Source of the DNA: Octopus vulgaris
Lineage: Eukaryota
NCBI GenBank assembly: GCA_951406725.2
Contig: OX597825.1
Span: 62,744,001 to 62,808,000, forward strand
Direction: 5' to 3'
Length of the DNA: 64,000 nt
Shown here: positions 26,480-39,726 of the stretch, one piece after another
How the letters are laid out: each line of letters opens with the position of its first letter
Position numbering within the stretch: position 1 is the first letter of the stretch
The notes under the pieces: generated by a model
What the model was told of the DNA's origin: nothing
Database searches by the model: none
What the model saw: only the letters and a program-made list of their open reading frames with translations
Made by a program: the position numbers and the translations under genes

Positions 26480-26950
26480 ATTAAAGACAGGGAAGAAAAT
26501 ACTTGTAGACTAGTAGAAGTGCTCCCACTGATAAAAATATATATCTGTCAAGGAATTTGACAAATTAAGTAAATATAAGGACCTGGAAATTGAAATACAA
26601 AAGATGTTGCATCTTAAAGCAAGAACCATACCTGTTTTTTGTAGGCACCCTAGGTATGATAAAAAGGGATGTCAGAAACCTCTTGATAACATCCCAGGAG
26701 AACCATGTCTCAGAGGTATCCAAATGATTGTGCTGACAAGTACTGGACATTTCCTTAGAAAAACCCTATCAATTTAAATGACTGTGTTGTATTGCATGAA
26801 AATATTTCATTATTTCCCCTGCCACTTCTTCTCTCCGAGCTTTCAGTCATATTGTAACATCTCTTATCTTTCACTCTCCTGAGGGTACTGGGCATGTCTT
26901 GGTACATGATTGTAACAAACATGCAGGTTAAAAGTAAATAACAATAATAT
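26480..26950 (+). pseudogene. 5'-truncated R4/Dong-like LINE: RLE C-terminus plus 3' UTR, in (TAA)n
   Basis: IKDREENTCRLVEV..PTDKNI..KEFDKLSKYKDLEIEIQKMLHLKARTIPVFVGTLGMIK..LDNIPGEPCLRGIQMIVLTSTGHFLRKTLSI* (stop at 26777); TAA repeats on both sides. Confidence 0.88.
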
Positions 26951-27727
26951 TAAGGATAATCGTTTCTATTATAGGCACAAGGTTTCAAATTTAATAATAC
27001 AATATACCTGGATAGGATGAAAGAAAAGATGGCATGTGGGAAGGTAGTTTGCAAGAGTGTGTGAGGAGAAAACTTAGTACGTGGAAAGAGTAAGTGATGA
27101 TTGGTAAGAGTGAGGACTAACTTAATAGGAAAGACAAGTAGTCAATGTAAAATGTGAGTGGTTCCAAGTAGGAGGAAAGAGAGCAAAAGTGCATACATCA
27201 TCATTTTTCATTGATTATAGTAATATCTTTATCACTATCAGCAAATTGACTAGATGAATTCACTATTATGATTTTTGAAGGTACAAATAAAAATATACCA
27301 AGATCTAACAGCTTTCCTGTCATTTCAGGCAGTGCTTTTCAGTTTCAATTATATTCCTTATTAAACTACTACTTTCGTTTTATGATTTCTATGCCTTTAT
27401 TAGTGATAAAACAGCCTTCAAGATATGAGAAAACTGGAAACATGTTGCAACATCATGAATTTTTTTCTAGTATAAAAAGAAATGTTAAAAGCTGTAGTTC
27501 CAAGTTTTCATTTTTCTTTATTCAGATCCTGGCTATTCCTATAATGATGTATTCTCAGAAGCAAAGTAAACAATGTTTATTGTTGAAAATTTCTCAGAAG
27601 CAAAGTACACATTGATTTTTAAAGTAAATTTATTCTATGTAAAGTTTAAATATTTTTCTTTTCAATTGAAATATTCAAGTGTGTGCAGCTGTTTTTGCTT
27701 TTTCATTCGCAGTGATTTTTAACTCTT

Positions 27728-27968
27728 TAACAACCAAGGTGACATACATATCATCAATTGAATAACAGCAATAAATGTCATGCATTGAATATCTGCAAGA
27801 GTGGCACATGTATTGTGTATCAAATAACATCCACAGTAATAGATTTATCAACTATCAAATAACAGCCATGGTGACACATAAATTGTCTATGAAAAAATTG
27901 CCATAGTGACACATGACTTGTCTACTGAATAATATCTTGATAGAACAGAGTTCATCTTTTGAATAACT
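27728..27968. repeat. Ancient degenerate 35-bp minisatellite (about 7 units)
   Basis: Units such as taacagccatggtgacacataaattgtctatgaaa and aaattgccatagtgacacatgacttgtctactgaa at 34-35 bp spacing. Confidence 0.65.
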
Positions 27969-29480
27969 GGCATATATTAGTTTTCTACATCTGGATAAAA
28001 CATAATTTATCTAGTGTTGTATTCACTGGAGATAGCTAGTGCTTGCATTATATGATAGATGTCACCCTGAAGCACTTTTTATTGGCTCATACAAATTTAC
28101 ATAGATGACTTGGCTTAAATTGCAGACTCAGGTAATTTCTAGCATTCAGATATTTAAAAATAGCCATGCTAGAATCTTTGTATTAACAGCCAAATTGAAA
28201 ACTGTCAAAGCTGTGCAAATTAAGAGATGGTTTTCCCTTGGTTTTTAACCTTGGATACTATCTGTGTCTGGGGGAGGGTATAGCTATATGTATAAACAAC
28301 TGTTGGTCAGTGTCCAATAGAAAAACTATGCTCAATCCATGTTCTCACAAGATATATGGAAGTCCAAAATTTGATTGAACAATTATTTTTCACAGTCACA
28401 AGATGCAGTACTAATCTAAAATAAATGACAAAATTCTGGAATTTATCCAAAGTACACCTATAGGTATTATATTTTCCAAAATACTCATTAAAAAGGAATT
28501 GTAATAATGATATTTGCAGGCTTCCCATGAAGTAGTGAGATCAATGTGGGTGACTAACGTTCAGTTAAAATAGCTATAGGTAAATACCAGCAAAGAAAAC
28601 GTGGATGGGGAAGAAATTTTGGTGTAATGCTGTTTACTGTTCTACAGATGGAGTTTGTGAAGATGAAAGGAAAATAATCAAACAGTCATGCATGTGGTGT
28701 AGTCTTGGTTATAGAAAATATACAGAAAATGAGTTAATTTAGAACAGCAGAGGTTTTTCAAGAATTAATAGAAAAGACAGAGAATGGAAACATTGAAACT
28801 GTGAAACAGCGATGGTTGTATGTTCAGAATTGAATCTTTGCCATTCAGCAGGATGGCTTTTTTTTTATGTTGCATTCTAGGAAGTTTATGTGTAACATCA
28901 TAGTATACATAAGTCTACATTATTTAGCGTTTTGTCTTAATGATAGTTTATGACTGCAACTAACATATGACATCTATTTCTAGCTGGTCAAGGACCATGT
29001 GGTAGAAGTTTAGCTTGCTTGCTTATAATTCAGTTGAAAATATTGGATGACCAATTCTTGTAGACGATGATGGAGAGTCAACCATCTTCCTCAGACTGTT
29101 TTACTCTAATTATTATCTGATCATCATCATCATCATCATCATCATTTAATGTCCGTTTTCCATGCTAGCATGGGCTGGACAGTCACAGAAAAATTTTTAA
29201 GTCCATTGCATGTGCATATTTTGTGAAGCAAATTTCAGTTATTATTGTACCAATGAGGGCAATGGATTATCGAAATCAGTAGTGTGCTAGAAAAATGCCT
29301 TGTGTTGATTCTATCATACAGAGTCATAATCCCACCAAAGTCAACTTTCCCCTTTAATCCTTTCAAGGTCATGAAATGGTATCAATGTTATGGATAATCC
29401 CCTTCTTTTCAAAATTGCTTGCTCCATGTTTAAATTAGAAACAAATATTGTGTCATTGATATTCTCCTAATGGTATTTAA

Positions 29481-29701
29481 CCCTTTCGTTACTGTATTTA
29501 TTTTGAGATGCTCTATGTTTCTTACAATTACTTTAATATAACAAAGAACTTAGTAAAATTAAATTAGTTATCATAAAGCTAGCACTAGGAACATAGATTG
29601 TGACTAAGGTTTGGTGGAAGATTTTAATTCAAAACTTATGAAAACAAAACATTTGTGCTACAGAGCCAGAGCTGGTTTCAGCCAGGTTGATAATGAAAGG
29701 G
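29481..29701. mobile_element. piggyBac-type MITE
   Basis: TTAA|CCCTTTCGTTA ... TAATGAAAGGG|TTAA. Confidence 0.85.
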
Positions 29702-29821
29702 TTAAAGATGATCAAGGCAGTAACAATAGGGTTAAGAACTTCACTTTACAATACCACAGTCATTTTTTAACATCTTGTCAAATTTAAAAAAATAACTGTA
29801 TCAGATCCAAAATGAAAAGGG

Positions 29822-30093
29822 ATAAGTAGCTTGCTTACCAACCACATGGTTCTGGGTTCAGTCCCACTGCATGGCACCTTGGGCAAGTGTTTTCTACTAT
29901 AGCCTCGAGCTGTCCAAAGCCTTGTAAGTGGCTCTGGTAGATGGAAACTGAAAGAAGCCTGTCATATATATGTATATATATATAAAAAAATTATTATATA
30001 TATATATTATTTGTTATTTATGTATTGGTTTATGTCTATCACTGTTTGAGTTGCATAATAGTGGTTTTATCTCTAATTTATATTTTATATATC

Positions 30094-30125
<32 letters not shown>

Positions 30126-30407
30126 TGTATGTATGTATGTATGTATGTATGTATGTATGTATGTATGTATGTATGTGTATTTTTGTGTGTCTGTGTGTGT
30201 GTCTGTGTTTGTCCCCCCAACATTGCTTCACAACCGATGCTGGTGTGTTTACATCCCTGTCACATAGCAGTTTGGCAAGAGAGGCTGATGGAATAAGTAC
30301 TAGGCTTACAAAGAATAAGTCCTGGGGTAGATTTGCTCGACTAAAGGCAATGCTCCAGAATGGCCACATTCAGATGACCGGAAGAAATAAAAGAATAAAA
30401 GAATAAA
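29822..30407 (+). mobile_element. Family A SINE with a short foreign insert (30008-30090) in its TA tract
   Basis: 5' and 3' halves of family A; the insert's reverse complement (aattagagataaaaccactatt) resembles the start of the element at 34429. Confidence 0.85.
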
Positions 30408-30640
30408 ACCCATTGAGACAGTGAAAAAGAATACGTCATCAACCTAAAGCTGCAATAGAAATATTGTTTACAAGACCAAATACTCCATCTGATTGATTTG
30501 GGAAACCCTTTAAAGGACCAGATGTTTGAAGGACCTATCACGGTACAAAACTAATCTGTCATTGTTTAGTTTTTCATATGTAAGTCTTTGGATGTGGACA
30601 AAAACATGAAAGAGAATTTATACCATGAAAGAGAATTTAT

Positions 30641-30983
30641 AGGCGCATGGCTCAGTGGTTAGAGCGTCGAGCTTACGATCGTGAGGTTGTGAGTTCGAAT
30701 CCCGGACCGAGCTGCGTGTTGTGTTCTTGAGCAAGACACTTTATTTCACGTTGCTCCAGTTCACTCAGCTGTAGAAATGAGTTGCGACGTCACTGGTGCC
30801 AAGCTGTATCAGCCTTTGCCTTTCCCTTGGATAACACTGGTGCCATGGAGAGGGGAGGCCGGTATGCATGGGCGACTGCTGGCCTTCCATAAACAACCTT
30901 GCCCAGACTTGTACCTTGGAGGGTAACTTTCTAGGTGCAAACCCATGGTCAGTGTCATGACCGAAGTGGGTCACAACAACAAC
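30641..30983 (+). mobile_element. Family B tRNA-SINE, young full-length copy
   Basis: Intact A box TGGCTCAGTGG and B box GTTCGAATCC; CORE-like domain; tail (CAA)n. Confidence 0.92.
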
Positions 30984-31152
30984 CGTACATCATCTACTTG
31001 TTCCAGTAGCAGGAGAGTCCAGTTGGATTAGCTGCACATTTTAATTCTAATAATCCTTTATACTACAGGCACAATGCCTGAAATGTAGGGGGGGTGCTAG
31101 TTGTTTACATCAACTCCATTGTTCAACTGGCATCCATTTCATCGAACCTTAA

Positions 31153-31358
31153 CCCTTTAGCATTTAAACGGGCCATATCCGGCCAAAAGTAATTCTGCCT
31201 GGCTAGATCTGGTCTCTCACACCAACCCTACAATATCGTTTTAAAAATCAACATCTACCTCATCAAAATCTCATAGCTACAAGATAATGCATGATTAGTT
31301 CAAAACAATGTGGATAAAAAGGCATTCATTTTGGCAGAATAATGTGAACAGTAAAGGG
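31153..31358. mobile_element. piggyBac-type MITE inserted in a family C SINE
   Basis: TTAA|CCCTTTAGC ... GTAAAGGG|TTAA; related copies at about 4552-4788, 10510-10645 and 59510-60232. Confidence 0.85.
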
Positions 31359-31646
31359 TTAAAGGACAAAAGGCAAAGTTGACATCAGTGAAATTTGAAC
31401 TCAGAATGTGAAGATAGACGAAGTGCCACTAAGAATTTTATCTGGCATGCCAAAAGAATTCTTGTAGCTCATCACTGTCATTGTTGCAAACACATTCTTT
31501 TATTCTTTTACTAGCATCAGTCATTTGACAATTGTCATATTGATGCAGTGCCTTCCTTGGTCCTTAATCATATCAGTACTCAGTACTTACTTTATTTTGT
31601 ACGCATTTTATCTACCTATTTATTGAATGACTAAATTACTTTTATG

Positions 31647-31957
31647 AAGGTGCATAGCCTTGTCGTCAGAGCAGTGGACTCGCGGTCAAGAGATTGAGGG
31701 TTCGAATCTCAGACCAGGCGATGTGTGTTTATGAGTGAAACACCTAAGCTCCACGTGACTCCTGCAAAAGGTAATGGCAATTCTCTGCTGACTTTTTCGA
31801 CACAATTTTCTCTCACTCTTTCCTCCTGCATGAAGCAGCTCACCTGTGATGGACCAGCGTCCCATCCAGGTGGGGAACTTATATACCCAGGAAACCAGGA
31901 AACTGGCCCTTATGAGCCAGGCATGGCTCGAGAAGGAAAATATAATAACAACAACAA
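31647..31957 (+). mobile_element. Family E SINE
   Basis: Same head, body and tail as 14663. Confidence 0.85.
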
Positions 31958-33487
31958 AGTTACTTTTGACATAAGTGAATGTAATTTAACACACAATTTT
32001 GCAGAGTACACAGACACATCTCTTTACATTTACCAAATTCTATTCACTAAGCATTGATCATCCCAAAGTTGCCATAGAAAACACTTGACATATCATATTG
32101 TAAAGTTGAACCTGAAGCCACATTGTTGCAAAGGAAACTCCCTTACCAGAAAACTGTGCCAGCACCTTTATGCAAATATGTGTTTATATAACACATCTAT
32201 TATAATACAATTTTATTGAATTATACAAATGCAATCTGCATATACATATGAATTTATCCACAAACTTTATCTATGTAATTTTGATTATTTTATTTACCAT
32301 AACATTTAGTAATTCAAAAATGTATTTGGCGGAATTTTTGTAAATTTTTATATGCTATTAGTGCTTTCTAGCTTCAATTGTATTTGCATACATAGCTGAA
32401 TGCATTCTATTTGTCTATATTCATTTGGTTATTTTGTTTTGTTTTTGTTGTTATGTGTTTTTTTTTTAATTTTTGTTGTTTGCAATCTAGTCTTGCTAAG
32501 TATGAATTTGTTTTGTTAATCACATGTATGTGAATTTCCAATCTACTTTCACCTATATTTCTGAATTCTAAGACTGATTAAATATTTTTGTATGAGTGGA
32601 AATATACAGTTGTCAGACATAATGAATATTCTATGACTGTAAATCAATTTGCTTGTGATTGTTTCAAAAGAAAGATTAATTCTTTAAAATCAGATATTAT
32701 GTAACAGTAGCAAATGAATAATGTTTAATTCTATTATTTTAGATTTTAAGATAGTTCACATTTTCCACTGCATTACTTGAAATTATCTAAAAGTTGACTT
32801 AGTCTGTAGCGATAAGCAGCTTCTGCATTTACTGCTTATTTTGCCTCCAACTACACACATCCAAAAGAAAAAAAAATTCTTCTAAATTCTTTCACATCGA
32901 CTCTCATCACCAGCTGCACACAAATGCACAAGTGCAGTCATCTGATTGTTGCAAAGCAAAGAGCTGCCTGGTTCCACCAGCATCTTTTGCATCACTCTCT
33001 TGCAGCCCAATCCAGACTTAACCCCTATCCATGGCAAATAATACCATCTGTCTCTCTCACTCTTTTACTTCAAGGGTAACCCAGTATATATTGTTTCTTT
33101 AAAACACTGCAGCCCCTCTAGCCCCGTAAATTACTGAACTATTGCTCTTTCATACCCAACATTCCAAACTTGGTAAAAAGTAATTTTTACTTATAATAAC
33201 ATCTGTTATCAACTAGCATCTCTTCCCAATCTCTAATAATCAGCTCACCTTTCATACAGGCCAAGCAGATATACGGGAGACCTACAGTCTGTTTCTCACC
33301 TGTAATATCTAATCTAGGCAAATTTTGTTATTAGTAATATTGATGTACAAAGTGCAGGCATTGCTTTGTGGTAAGAAGCTTGTTTCCCAACCACATTATT
33401 TAAGGCAAGTGTTTTCTACTATGGCCATGGGCCAACCAAAGCCTTGTCGGTGGATTTGGCAGACAGCAACTGAAAGATACCCATTGA

Positions 33488-33639
<152 letters not shown>

Positions 33640-33684
33640 AAAAGAAAAATAGAAAATGCTAAAATAATTTTATAAAGAACATTT

Positions 33685-33722
33685 CAGTACCGGTTTCAGC
33701 CATTTTGAGACCTTTTCAACTG
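33685..33722 (-). ncRNA. Degenerate minimal hammerhead ribozyme motif
   Basis: cag-UUGAAAA-ggtc(tcaaaat)ggct-GAAA-CCGG-UA-ctg. Confidence 0.5.
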
Positions 33723-33870
33723 TAACGATTAAATAATTAAATTTAGAAAAATTAAAAGAAATGTTTTTTTAAAGGAATATTTGTATAGTGTTCAAATATA
33801 AGTGGCATTTTCCTTGTTTCTGCCTTGCTCTGTCTCTCTCGTTCACACTTGTGGGTTTGAGTATTTTTTC

Positions 33871-33914
<44 letters not shown>

Positions 33915-33937
33915 AACAAACAATGTATAGGTGTCAT

Positions 33938-34015
33938 TTCATTACAGCTGTTTCCAGCAAATTTTTTAATTGATTAATGAATAACATTTTTAAAAAACTG
34001 TATTCTTCAGATGAA
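33938..34015 (-). ncRNA. Minimal type I hammerhead ribozyme motif (stem II imperfect)
   Basis: ttcat-CUGAAGA-atacag...ctg-GAAA-CAGCUG-UA-atgaa: 5-bp stem I, palindromic stem III, GUA triplet. Confidence 0.65.
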
Positions 34016-34217
34016 TACACGAACTATAAAATTAAAGACATTAAAAGACATTTTAAGTTCACAGTATGTGCATATTTTGTGATTCCATGACCAATGCCAC
34101 TTGCAGAATGAATTTGTCAAATCAAAACGAACTAGAGTGGTTTTGTAGGAGAAGATATTCCCATGACATATATATCACTAAGGTATTTGCATATATATAT
34201 ATATGTGTATATATATA

Positions 34218-34281
<64 letters not shown>

Positions 34282-34376
34282 TATTTATAAAATATTATTA
34301 ATAGTTAGGTAATGTAATAATTCCAAGCTAACAGGGAAAAAAATTTCAATTTAGCACAACTAAATCAAAATTCACA

Positions 34377-34428
<52 letters not shown>

Positions 34429-34561
34429 ATTTAGAGACAAACCATTATTTAGTTATTCTATCAATAGTGAAAAGATATTATCTATAATAACCACATAGAA
34501 ATTAATTAAATATCTTATAATTATTATTCTAAAAGAATCTCATAACAAATCAAACATTAAC

Positions 34562-34657
34562 TTGACTACGCACATTTCATGACTAAATACATAAATCGAT
34601 AATATTAAAATTTAATATTAATACAATTTAAAAATATTTAGCCACACTTCAGGTCAA
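34562..34657 (-). ncRNA. Minimal type I hammerhead ribozyme motif with long stem II (A9 mutated, CpG-decayed stem III)
   Basis: ttgac-CUGAAGU-gtggctaaata...tatttagtcat-GAAA-tgtgcG-UA-gtcaa. Confidence 0.65.
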
Positions 34658-35160
34658 AAAAATGACATAAATTTAGATATTATGATAAAACAATAAATAT
34701 ATAAATATATGTATATTAACAGTAAATAATTCAAGAAAATTTAACAATATTAATGTAAAGCAAAACCATGACTTGTCTTATTGATGAAAACCAGTTGAAA
34801 AAAATTTATATATACACACACACATATGTGTATGTATGTGTATATATTTATGTGTATATCTTTGTATATGTGTTTGTCCTGCACCACCACTAGATACTGG
34901 TGTACTAGGATGAATTCATTCGACTAAAATAAATTGTTGAAAATGGTGCCACAGCATGGCCACAGTCTAATGACTGAAACAAGGAAGAGAAGATAAAACA
35001 AAAAAATGACATTAAAAATAATTCTGACTAAATCTGACCTGACAAGAGAAGTTCTTAATTAAGGAATCTCTGGTGGTGTTGTTTTGACTGAGATTAGCAG
35101 AAACGGTTAGGTTCATTTGGGACTGGCACTGAATATTTATCGCAACTAATATCCACTGTA

Positions 35161-35478
35161 GTGGAGGTGCAATGGCCCAGTGGTTAGGGCAGCAGACTCG
35201 CGGTCGGAGGATCATGGCTTTGATTCCCAGACCGGGCGTTCTGTGTGTTTATTGAGCGAAAACACCTAAAAGCTCCACGAGGCTCCAGCAGGGTGGTGGT
35301 GGCAACCCTTGTACTCTTTCACCCCAACTTTCTCTCACTCTCACTTCCTGTTTCTTGAGTAATGCTGTGATGGACTGGCGTCCTGTCCAGCTGAGAGAAA
35401 CACATATGCCATAGAAACCGGGCAACCGGGCCCATGAGCCTGGCTAGGCTTGAAAAGAGAGCATAAACAAAAATAAAA
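35161..35478 (+). mobile_element. Family E SINE (second tail type)
   Basis: TSD aatatccactgta(gtg) at 35148 and 35479; tRNA head ggcccagtggttagggcagcagactcgcgg. Confidence 0.9.
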
Positions 35479-35737
35479 AATATCCACTGTAGTGCTTATA
35501 ATACCTAAATATGTTCAGAAAATTGTTTGAACTATTTCAACATCTTTTATTATTTGCATTTCTGTTGCATGATGTATTAATCGTTGGTCCATTCTTGAAT
35601 GGCTTCCTTGGTATAAGTTTTCCACTATGCAAAAGAGATTGATAGCCTTTCACTCAACTGTATTCTCTGTCTGGTGAAAGGGACATTATGGATGGTCTGG
35701 CACGATCTTACTCTTATGGCAAGATAACTGATTCTGA

Positions 35738-36163
35738 CAGAGGAGGAGAGAGATTGGTAGGAACACATGTAGGGGTATAGAGGGGGAAAGAAAGAAAGGA
35801 AGAAAGAAAGAAATAAAGAGAGAGAGAGATAAACAGAAAGAGACACAGACAAGGAGATAGATAGACATAGGGAGAAACAAAGAGAGAAAAGGAGAGAAAG
35901 AGAAAGAGAGGTAGAGACAGAAGAAGAAATACACAGAGACAGAGGGGAAGAGAGAAAGGTACAGAAAAAAAGAGAGAAATAGAAAGAGAGAGGCAGATAG
36001 ACTGAGAGAGAAACAAGCTGACAAAGAGAAAGAGAGAGCGAGAGAGAATGAAGTAGAGATAAAGAATAACACACAGAGACAGAGAGATAAAGACAGAAAG
36101 AAAGAGAGAATGAAAGAAGGAGAAAGAGTGAGAAAGAGTGAGAAAGAGAGAGAGAGAGAGAGA
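35738..36163. repeat. Purine-rich (AG)n/(AAAG)n low-complexity tract
   Basis: Seen directly. Confidence 0.9.
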
Positions 36164-36440
36164 GCACTGTCAACTTTAGCAATTATAAATTAATCACTTG
36201 TTCACAGAGATTGCATTAGGGCTAAACTATAATCATATATTTCTACTAATTGTCCATTAGGATAGATTTCTTTAATTATTAATTCCCCACAAATACCTCG
36301 TAAACTAAACTCAAAAATTTCTGAATCCTGAATTTAAAAATAAAGTTGATATCTATATTATATAATTAATTAATTAATTAGTCTACTTTTTAAATCACAC
36401 TAATAAATTATTGGTATGTATATATATATATATATATATA

Positions 36441-36639
36441 CCAGAGTAAGCACATAAATGTGAAACGGGGTGGAAAAAAGAGTACTCAAATACCAGAGGT
36501 AGAGTAATATGGCTTTATTTCAAAGCTGCAGAAATATAACAAAAGCTGTTACTCAGTTTCACATTCCCATTCGTTGAACAGTTTTGTTCGCTGAACGGGA
36601 ATGTGAAACTCTGAGTAACAGCTTTTGCTATATTTCTGC
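36441..36639. mobile_element. TA-embedded fold-back with outward-facing degenerate hammerhead-like motifs
   Basis: Hairpin 36528-36639 centred on gttt (36581-84); right arm tgt-tcgctga-acgggaatgt-GAAA-ctctgag-UA-aca. Confidence 0.65.
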
Positions 36640-36833
36640 CGCTTGGCACGTAAAAGAACCCACTACACTCATGGAGTGGTTGGCACTAGGAACAGCATCC
36701 AGCTGTAGAAACTCTGCCAGATCAAGATTGGAGCCTGGGGCAGCCATCTGGTTCACCAGACCTCAGTCAAATCGTCCAACAGATGCTAGCATGGAAAGAG
36801 GACGTTAAACAATGATGATGATGATGATGATGA
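36640..36833 (+). mobile_element. Family D 3' fragment
   Basis: ggcacgtaaaagaacccactacactc...gctagcatggaaagaggacgttaaacaatgatgat. Confidence 0.85.
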
Positions 36834-36944
36834 TATATATATATATATACACATAGATACATAGACAGATACACATACACACATGCATACATGTGTGTGT
36901 ATAAATCTATTATACCCTAGAGATGTAATATTTGGACACATCAT

Positions 36945-37367
36945 AGGCACAGGAGTGGCTGTGTGGTAAGTAGCTTGCTAACCAACCACATGGTTCCGGG
37001 TTCAGTCCCACTGCATGGCAACTTGGGCAAGTGTCTTCTGCTATAGCCCAGGGCCGACCAATGCCTTGTGAGTGGATTTGGTAGACGGAAACTGAAAGAA
37101 GCCTGTCGTATATATGTATATATGTATATATATATGTATGTGTGTGTTTGTGTGTGTTTGTGTGTCTGTGTTTGTCCCCCTAGCATTGCTTGACAACCGA
37201 TGCTGGTGTGTTTACGTCCCCGTCACTTAGCGGTTCGGCAAAAGAGACCGATAGAATAAGTACTGGGCTTACAAAGAATAAGTCCCGGGGTCGATTTGCT
37301 CGACTAAAAGGAGGTGCTCCAGCATAGCCGCAGTCAAATGACTGAAACAAGTAAAAGAGTAAAGAGT
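36945..37367 (+). mobile_element. Family A SINE, full length
   Basis: Near-consensus copy. Confidence 0.92.
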
Positions 37368-39029
37368 ATCATCAGTGTTATTTTCTTGAGCCATTGAGAA
37401 TTTGTGTCTCAGCATATATTTTAGCTTAGGCAACCTGACCAAGATTGATCAAGTCTAGGTTTGTGCTCAAGTGCTTTCTATTGACTCCAATATTCACCTC
37501 TGTTTTAGCAAGATTCATATTGGTGTATTCTCAAAAGCATCTATGTTGTTCTTGATGGCACTTCTGCTCACTTCATTGCAGAAGAGAGTAGAAATGGTGC
37601 CATTAAGAGACACTCTCAATGCTATATATATTTTGCCTGTTCTACAAGGCAGTTTTCTCTGTCTTTCAAGTGATGCTTTTAAGAAACATTATCTTTTTAA
37701 CATATATTTCAGTATGATTTCCTCTTTAAATTCTGAAATGCTTTATTTCATGTAAAATAAAAATTATACTGTGAATTTGAATTTTCTTCTTCGTAATATG
37801 TTTTATGACAAAATACTCAAATTGTCTACTCAATTTCATTTCAGTTACTTTCATTTTTACCAAATTTAGCTTCTCATGAGATATAAAGAAATCACTTTCA
37901 AATTGAGAATATTTCATTAAAATTATATTTTTTGTGTACTTTTTTCAAACATAAAATTTCAGTATGGCAAAATAGTAAAAGATGACAAATGAAATAAATT
38001 AGATTAAAAATATTAAAGATTATTAATTCCCCTAATGTATTTTGTTCAAAAGACTATCTTTTCAAACAAGAGAAGAATTTATGATTATGCTTATCAACAA
38101 AACATAAGAAATTATCAAAATTTTGCTCTAGAGACTATCTTCCACAATTCATTTGAATATTGTTTTATTTATTTGTGTATCTTTATGAATTGGAAGCTAT
38201 GAATTGTTTAATTAACTTCAACTTTCTCAGAAAAATCTTATTTATACTCTTTCAGCTAAAGGACATTTTTTTCTAACGCTAATTTGAAATATTGAAGTTT
38301 GTTTAATTTTATGCTATGCTCAATACATCCAGAAGCCTTCAATGAATATAGAAATGTTATGTTACAGAAAATAAAGTATTTAGAGAGAAGTACAACAAAT
38401 ATAAACTGTATGTATCAATAAGCTTTCAGTTTACATGTCTCACCATTATTCAGCTCAAGTGGATAGAGAACTCAAAGTAATTAAAAAGCACTTCCTTTTA
38501 CAAAGATTGTGAATACTAGTTAAAAATGGACAGTAATGCACAGAGTGAAAAATAATATACATGTTTGGTCACTAATTCTTTGGTAGGCAATTAGTACCAT
38601 TAATAAAAATTAGGTTTACATAATGTGTTTGAAGAAAATAGATGCATATGTTGATGTTTGTAATAGTCATTTGAATAATTCATGAACTACATAGTGTTAT
38701 TATCATACATAATTTGACAGCAACAGGTAATGTCATTTTGGTCTTGCTTGCTTAAAATGTATCTTCTATTACAACTAAATGGAAGAAAGTAGAACCACTA
38801 TTGATGGTTCTATTTAAAGAGAGACGAGAATGGCTACTTATTCAAACTACCAAGTGTCAAATGAAACAACTAAGGGAGAATAAAGTGTTTTGCATTCTGT
38901 TTACGGAGCCAAACTAACTGATTTATTATGTCTCTGATTGGCTGATAAAACTGGTAAACAACCAAAACATCAGCTGGTGATATGATAATCTGAATTAGTA
39001 TTAGATCTCTTCTAGTTTGCTGGGTAAGC

Positions 39030-39220
39030 AGGCACAGGTGTGGCTGTGTTGTAAGAAGCTTGCTTTCGAACCACATGATTCTCGGTTCAGTCCAACTGAG
39101 TGGCAACTTGAGCAAGTGTCTTTTACTATAGCCTTGAGCCAACCAAAGCCTTGTGAGTGGATTTGGTAGATGGAAACTGAAAGAAGCCGCCCCCATATAT
39201 ATGTATGTGTGTGTGTGTGA
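39030..39220 (+). mobile_element. Family A SINE 5' half
   Basis: Head and body up to the internal microsatellite. Confidence 0.8.
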
Positions 39221-39361
39221 AGCTCATTGTATGTAAAGAACTTTTTCTTCACCCATTCCTTTCCGGTCATTTCAATATGTGACCACGTGTGTATGTGTGT
39301 GTAGAGAGATGAAAGGTATATTTTTTGATGCTTTATACATAATTTTTTTTCTATATGAATA

Positions 39362-39404
<43 letters not shown>

Positions 39405-39656
39405 TCAGTAATGCAATACAAAGTATTGCCTTCCAGTAAAAAGTAGCCCATGAGGGAAAAATACACAAATTAGTAAATAAATGGCACAACTAAGTACCGA
39501 TATTTACTGGAAATAGCGAACGTAAAAATACGGCGCTAATGTGTAGCTTCAACGCGTATGTATTAGCAAAAATGCGTGTGTGCAACAAAATAGAGAAAAA
39601 AAACCGTCTTACCTCCAGGGAGAACATCTGAAAGATGAAACACAAAATGGATAATG

Positions 39657-39726
39657 TGGTACCTGCAGGTTTCAGGTTTTGCAAGATATGTCTCTCACCC
39701 ATATTTTGCTTTACCTTCTTCAGCCA
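39657..39726 (-). ncRNA. Minimal type I hammerhead ribozyme (intact core)
   Basis: Reverse complement of the motif at 40014-40083. Confidence 0.85.

Noticed and set aside
28300-28560. Faint tyrosine-recombinase-like wording (KLCSIHVLTRY...EQLFF)
   Set aside because: Catalytic motifs cannot be recovered; too weak without a profile search.
30641-30712. tRNA-like sequence with intact A and B boxes
   Set aside because: It is the head of a multi-copy SINE continuing into a CORE-like body; no proper acceptor stem.
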